NCBI GenBank assembly: GCA_964016885.1
Contig: OZ024756.1
Span: 38,006,001 to 38,070,000 of the forward strand
DNA: 64,000 bases
Source: Eledone cirrhosa
Lineage: Eukaryota
Direction: 5' to 3'
The translations under genes were made by a program, and so were the position numbers. The notes below the pieces were generated by a model. It searched no databases. It was not told where the DNA came from and saw nothing but the letters and a program-made list of their open reading frames with translations. Positions 59,499 through 64,000 of the stretch are shown in pieces; positions within the stretch are counted from its first letter, which is position 1, and every line of letters begins with the position of its first letter.

Positions 59499-59676
59499 TT
59501 ATATATAAATTTATATATAATATTATATTTATATATAAACATATATCTATATATAATATATGTATGTATATTATAAATGTATATAGAAATGTAATATATT
59601 CATTATATATACTACCCCAAGTATTGAGTACCCCGTTGAGTAATGGTCTCAACTCTTTCAAAATGAATCCATCCTG

Positions 59677-59758
<82 letters not shown>

Positions 59759-59871
59759 GGCGGGAGAGATTTATATTTATATACACATATACTGTATATA
59801 ATAAATAATAAATAGATATATTAAATATATGTATATATTATATATATATATAATATATATATATATATATA

Positions 59872-59948
<77 letters not shown>

Positions 59949-60433
59949 CACACGTACACACATACAAACACACATATATATGTATACTTATATCATATAA
60001 ATATATATTATATGATATATATATATATATATATATATATAGATATATATATATATAATATGAATAGACATATATAATTATATGTATATGTGTATATGAC
60101 ATATATTGTAAACATAATTACACCTATATATATATATATATATATACATAATATATATATGTGTGTATATTATATATTTGTACATCTGTATATGTTATAA
60201 AGATCCTTTCTATATATATATACCAGGTGCGCTCTTCGAACCCCACTTTTCTTTATCATTTTCCTGATATATATATATATGTTTGCGTTTATGTGTATAT
60301 ACATACATACATATATATATATAACCTAATATATCCCCCCTTCCATATACTGTACCGATTGTGTTGTTATTTCTGTTTACCTTTTACACACACACACACA
60401 CACACGCACACGCACACGCACACACACACACGC

Positions 60434-60490
<57 letters not shown>

Positions 60491-61395
60491 GGGAGAGGGA
60501 GGGAGGTGGGTGGAGAAAGTTTGATTGAGTGATGGCTAGATTGATAGACGGACATTAGATAACTTAGACAGACTTTGACCCTGTTTTGACCAGGGGCTGT
60601 CTAATAGCACCACTTGGCGAAGTATTTCAGATCATGCTTCACATCTCAGTTGCTTACACCATGGCTCACTTGAGCAAAAAAGGTCTTGTTGCCTGAGGAA
60701 TATTCCAGTGTAGGGGGTTTAGCTGGAATTTCTTTGAGGAATTTGTCCAAGAACCCTTTGAATTATATGGGATCTGTTTCTGTTTCGATGTATTTTGGTA
60801 TGATATTCAAGAGATCAAGACAACTTGAAGTGAAATTAGTGTGTCGCAGTATTGTCCTATATATATATATATATATATAAAGAAGGATGAAAACATATAT
60901 TTATAGCTCATTATTTGGGGAATTTTGCATGATACGTATGGTGTAATGTTCACGGTGGAGATGGAGAGAGTAGAAATTGAGTTTTTCTATTTCTCCTCGG
61001 TTGACAATTTGATTTGTCAATTCCGTGTATCATTTTTGTAATTGAACTCTGAGATGTTTCAATTTTCCTTATACTTTATTTCATTTGGTTAGACCCCAGT
61101 TTGCAACAGTATTCAAATTGGGGCCAAGAAAAGTTAGAGAAGAGAAGGATATTTACTCAGACCCTCCATTATCAGTTGTTGCCTGTATAAGTCGATAGTA
61201 GCTCTGATTAAATACTGACTTGGTCTGTAATATTCCATATTATGATTAATTCTCGAGAAGTAAGTTCTAATGATCCAGTAACACATCCTGCGAGTGAGGC
61301 CAACTTTGTCGTTTATGTTAGTACCCCAGCTTAAGTTGTTATAGGCAGTTACTCCAAGGTCTCCAATGGTGTTGGATGCCACGAGGGTTTCACCA

Positions 61396-61521
61396 GAGAA
61401 TGTGGTTATTTAAGAGAATGTGGTTATTTAAGAGAATGCGGTTATTTAAGAGAATGTGGTTATTTAAGAGAATGCGGTTATTTAAGAGAATGCGGTTATT
61501 TAAGAGAATGCGGTTATTTAA
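61396..61521. repeat. 18-bp minisatellite agagaatg(t/c)ggttattta, ~7 copies, inside the LINE
   Basis: Direct tandem copies. Confidence 0.95.
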
Positions 61522-61592
61522 GCGCATCCTCTTCTCTAAAGACGATTAATTTAAATTTATCCTAAGTTAGAAGTATTATTTCTTCTTTTTTT

Positions 61593-61711
61593 GCCATTCT
61601 GAATTCAAATCCCGCCGAGGTTAACTTTGCCTTTCATCCTTACGGGGTCGATAAAATAAAGTACCAGTAATGTACTGGGTATTTATTGGCCTTGTGCCAA
61701 AAGTAGAAACA
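61593..61711 (+). mobile_element. SINE S1 inserted in the LINE, 18-bp TSD
   Basis: attatttcttcttttttt at 61575-61592 and 61712-61729. Confidence 0.92.
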
Positions 61712-62139
61712 ATTATTTCTTCTTTTTTTCCCGCCAATTGGATAACCGTAAACTTTGAAGGAATGTCCGGTCTTTCACTCCGTTAATGACCTTCTGGCGC
61801 TTGGAATCATTTGAGAAGATTCTTATTTTGCTGTGTTTGATGACGTCTGCAATGTCATTGATGTAAATAATGAGGGGAAGAGGACCCAACACAGTTCCTT
61901 GAGGAACGCTACAACCGGCTTTGTCAGAGTTTAACTATATTCCCTCGACGACAACATGGTGGGGGTCTGTTCACCAAAAAACACACCCACTTAATCCACT
62001 TTAGTAGCTCTACACTACGCCGACGCCAATGCTGGATAGGTTCTTCAACAGGATGCTACCATCAACTCTGTCAAAAGCTTTGCTGAAATCAGGGATACAA
62101 CTTCAGTTTGGGGCCCTTTTTTAATGTATTATACAAACA

Positions 62140-62177
<38 letters not shown>

Positions 62178-62377
62178 CGAAAATATACATATTTTGTAAA
62201 AATCATACTATATATATAATAATTGTTTCTACTTTTGGCACAAGGCCAGCAAATACCCAGTACATTACTGGTACTTTATTTTATCGACCCCGTAAGGATG
62301 AAAGGCAAAGTTAACCTTGAATAATAATAATAAAATAACAGGAGGCTGGACTTGTGTAAATCCTTGAAAGGTTTATT

Positions 62378-62435
62378 ATACTATGATCATTTCAATGACC
62401 GGGTTCCGTATGAATCCGGTGATATCATCAGGTAT
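62378..62435 (-). ncRNA. Type I hammerhead ribozyme motif (family F)
   Basis: auac CUGAUGA uauc accgg-a-uuc auacg gaa-c-ccggu cauu GAAA ugauca UA guau; palindromic stem III. Confidence 0.82.
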
Positions 62436-62569
62436 TCGAAATACAATAAAAGCATGTAACAGATAAAATCCATGGGGCTGAAAATCATAGACCCGAGGAC
62501 GAACGACCCTCTAGCATCTTCCACTTTAGCCGGTCGCCCTCAAGTATATATATATATATATATGCGTTT

Positions 62570-62920
62570 GTGTGTGTGAAATATATGATATATATATATA
62601 TTATATATACCTATATTCAAAATGTATCCATGTTTGAGTGTGTGAAATATATGATATATATATATATTATATATACATACCTATATTCAAAATGTATCCA
62701 TGTTTGAGTGTGTGAAATATATGATATATATATATTATATATACATACCTATATTCAAAATGTATCCATGTTTGAGTGTGTGAAATATATGATGTATATA
62801 TATATTATATATACATACCTATATTCAAAATGTATCCATGTTTGAGTGTGTGAAATATATGATGTATATATATTATATATACATACCTATATTCAAAATG
62901 TATCCATGTTTGTGTGTGTG
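62570..62920. repeat. ~60-65-bp minisatellite, ~5 copies
   Basis: Tandem ...acctatattcaaaatgtatccatgtttgagtgtgtgaaatatatgat(TA)n. Confidence 0.9.
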
Positions 62921-63080
62921 CAAATATATGTGTATATATGAATAGAGAGATATAGAGAGATAGTCACTATATATTTATATTAGGTATATGTTATATATAT
63001 ATATCATATATAACATGAATATATATGTATCTTATATATTTCATGTATATATGCGTTACGGCTAGTGGGGAGTCTTGTTA

Positions 63081-63121
63081 CTGCGAAGTTTCGTCTATGG
63101 ATTCGCAGGTTCATCAGGCAG
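63081..63121 (-). ncRNA. Degenerate hammerhead motif
   Basis: cugc CUGAUGA ... GAAA cu UC gcag; stem I intact, stems II and III decayed. Confidence 0.45.
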
Positions 63122-63166
63122 ATGTTATGTGCAATATATAAAATATAAGTGTAAAATAACCTTATA

Positions 63167-63257
<91 letters not shown>

Positions 63258-63729
63258 CTATATATATATATGTGCATATATATATATGTATGTATATATA
63301 AATATATGTATATATATATGTATATATGCATATATATATGTATATTTATATGTATTTAAAGGATCGATCGACTTTCGTCAAATCGGACCGAGGAAACAAT
63401 GTTTCCGTCGGTCTTTCCAATTGCTAATACTATCTATCGGTCGCAACTCCAGGTAGAAGGAGCAACGTGAAATAAAGTGTCTTGCTCAAGGACATAACGC
63501 ATCACGGTCGGTCCAGGAATCGAGCTCACAACCTCAATTCCTGTATGTATATATATGTATATATATGTATATATATGTATATATATGTATATATATATAT
63601 GTATATATATGTATGTATATATAAATATGTGTGTGTATATATATATAATTGTTTCTACGTTAGGCACAAGGCCAGCAATTACCCAGTGTATTACTGAGTT
63701 AATATATATTAGATACGTATTATATCCAT

Positions 63730-64000
63730 ATATACATCCACCCATACATCCACCCATACATACATACATACATACATCCACCCATACATACATACATACA
63801 TACATACATACATACATACATACATACATACATACATCCACCCATACATACATACATACATACATACATCCACCCATACATACATACATACATACATACA
63901 TACACCCATACATACATACATCCACCCATACACCCATACATACATACATACATACATACATACATACATACATACATACATACATACATCCACCCATACA
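63730..64000. repeat. (CATA)n/CATCCACC microsatellite
   Basis: Tandem tetranucleotides. Confidence 0.95.

Larger units (their letters stand above)
60596..62098 (-). mobile_element. Decayed CR1-like LINE (RT domain to 3' end)
   Basis: PDFSKAFDRVD, SVPQGTVLGPL..IIYINDI, IFSNDSK (degenerate FADD), IGDLGV, DPI*FKGFLDKFLKEIP; many stops and frameshifts. Confidence 0.88.

Overview
Eukaryotic, AT-rich, intergenic or intronic DNA with no credible intact protein-coding gene; nearly all ORF-track calls are microsatellite artefacts. Extreme (TA)n/(CA)n/(GA)n density and the SINE, MITE and LINE families suggest a cephalopod, probably octopus (inference from recalled repeat sequences, not a search). Known-type repeats: more than 25 copies of one tRNA-derived SINE, two other SINE families, decayed CRE, CR1-like and RTE LINE ends, Tc1/mariner and Helitron remnants, piggyBac-, Tigger- and mariner-type MITEs, and many mini/microsatellites. 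Main observation: at least 7 sequence-distinct families of short non-coding elements sit in (TA)n tracts and carry type I hammerhead ribozyme motifs. Most have a minimal palindromic stem III, and one family has a compensatory U3-A8 core. Many copies are fold-back palindromes with the hinge just 5' of the ribozyme, and several families share an ACTC...TTGAGTRC tail motif. They look like non-autonomous Penelope-like or retrozyme-type elements.
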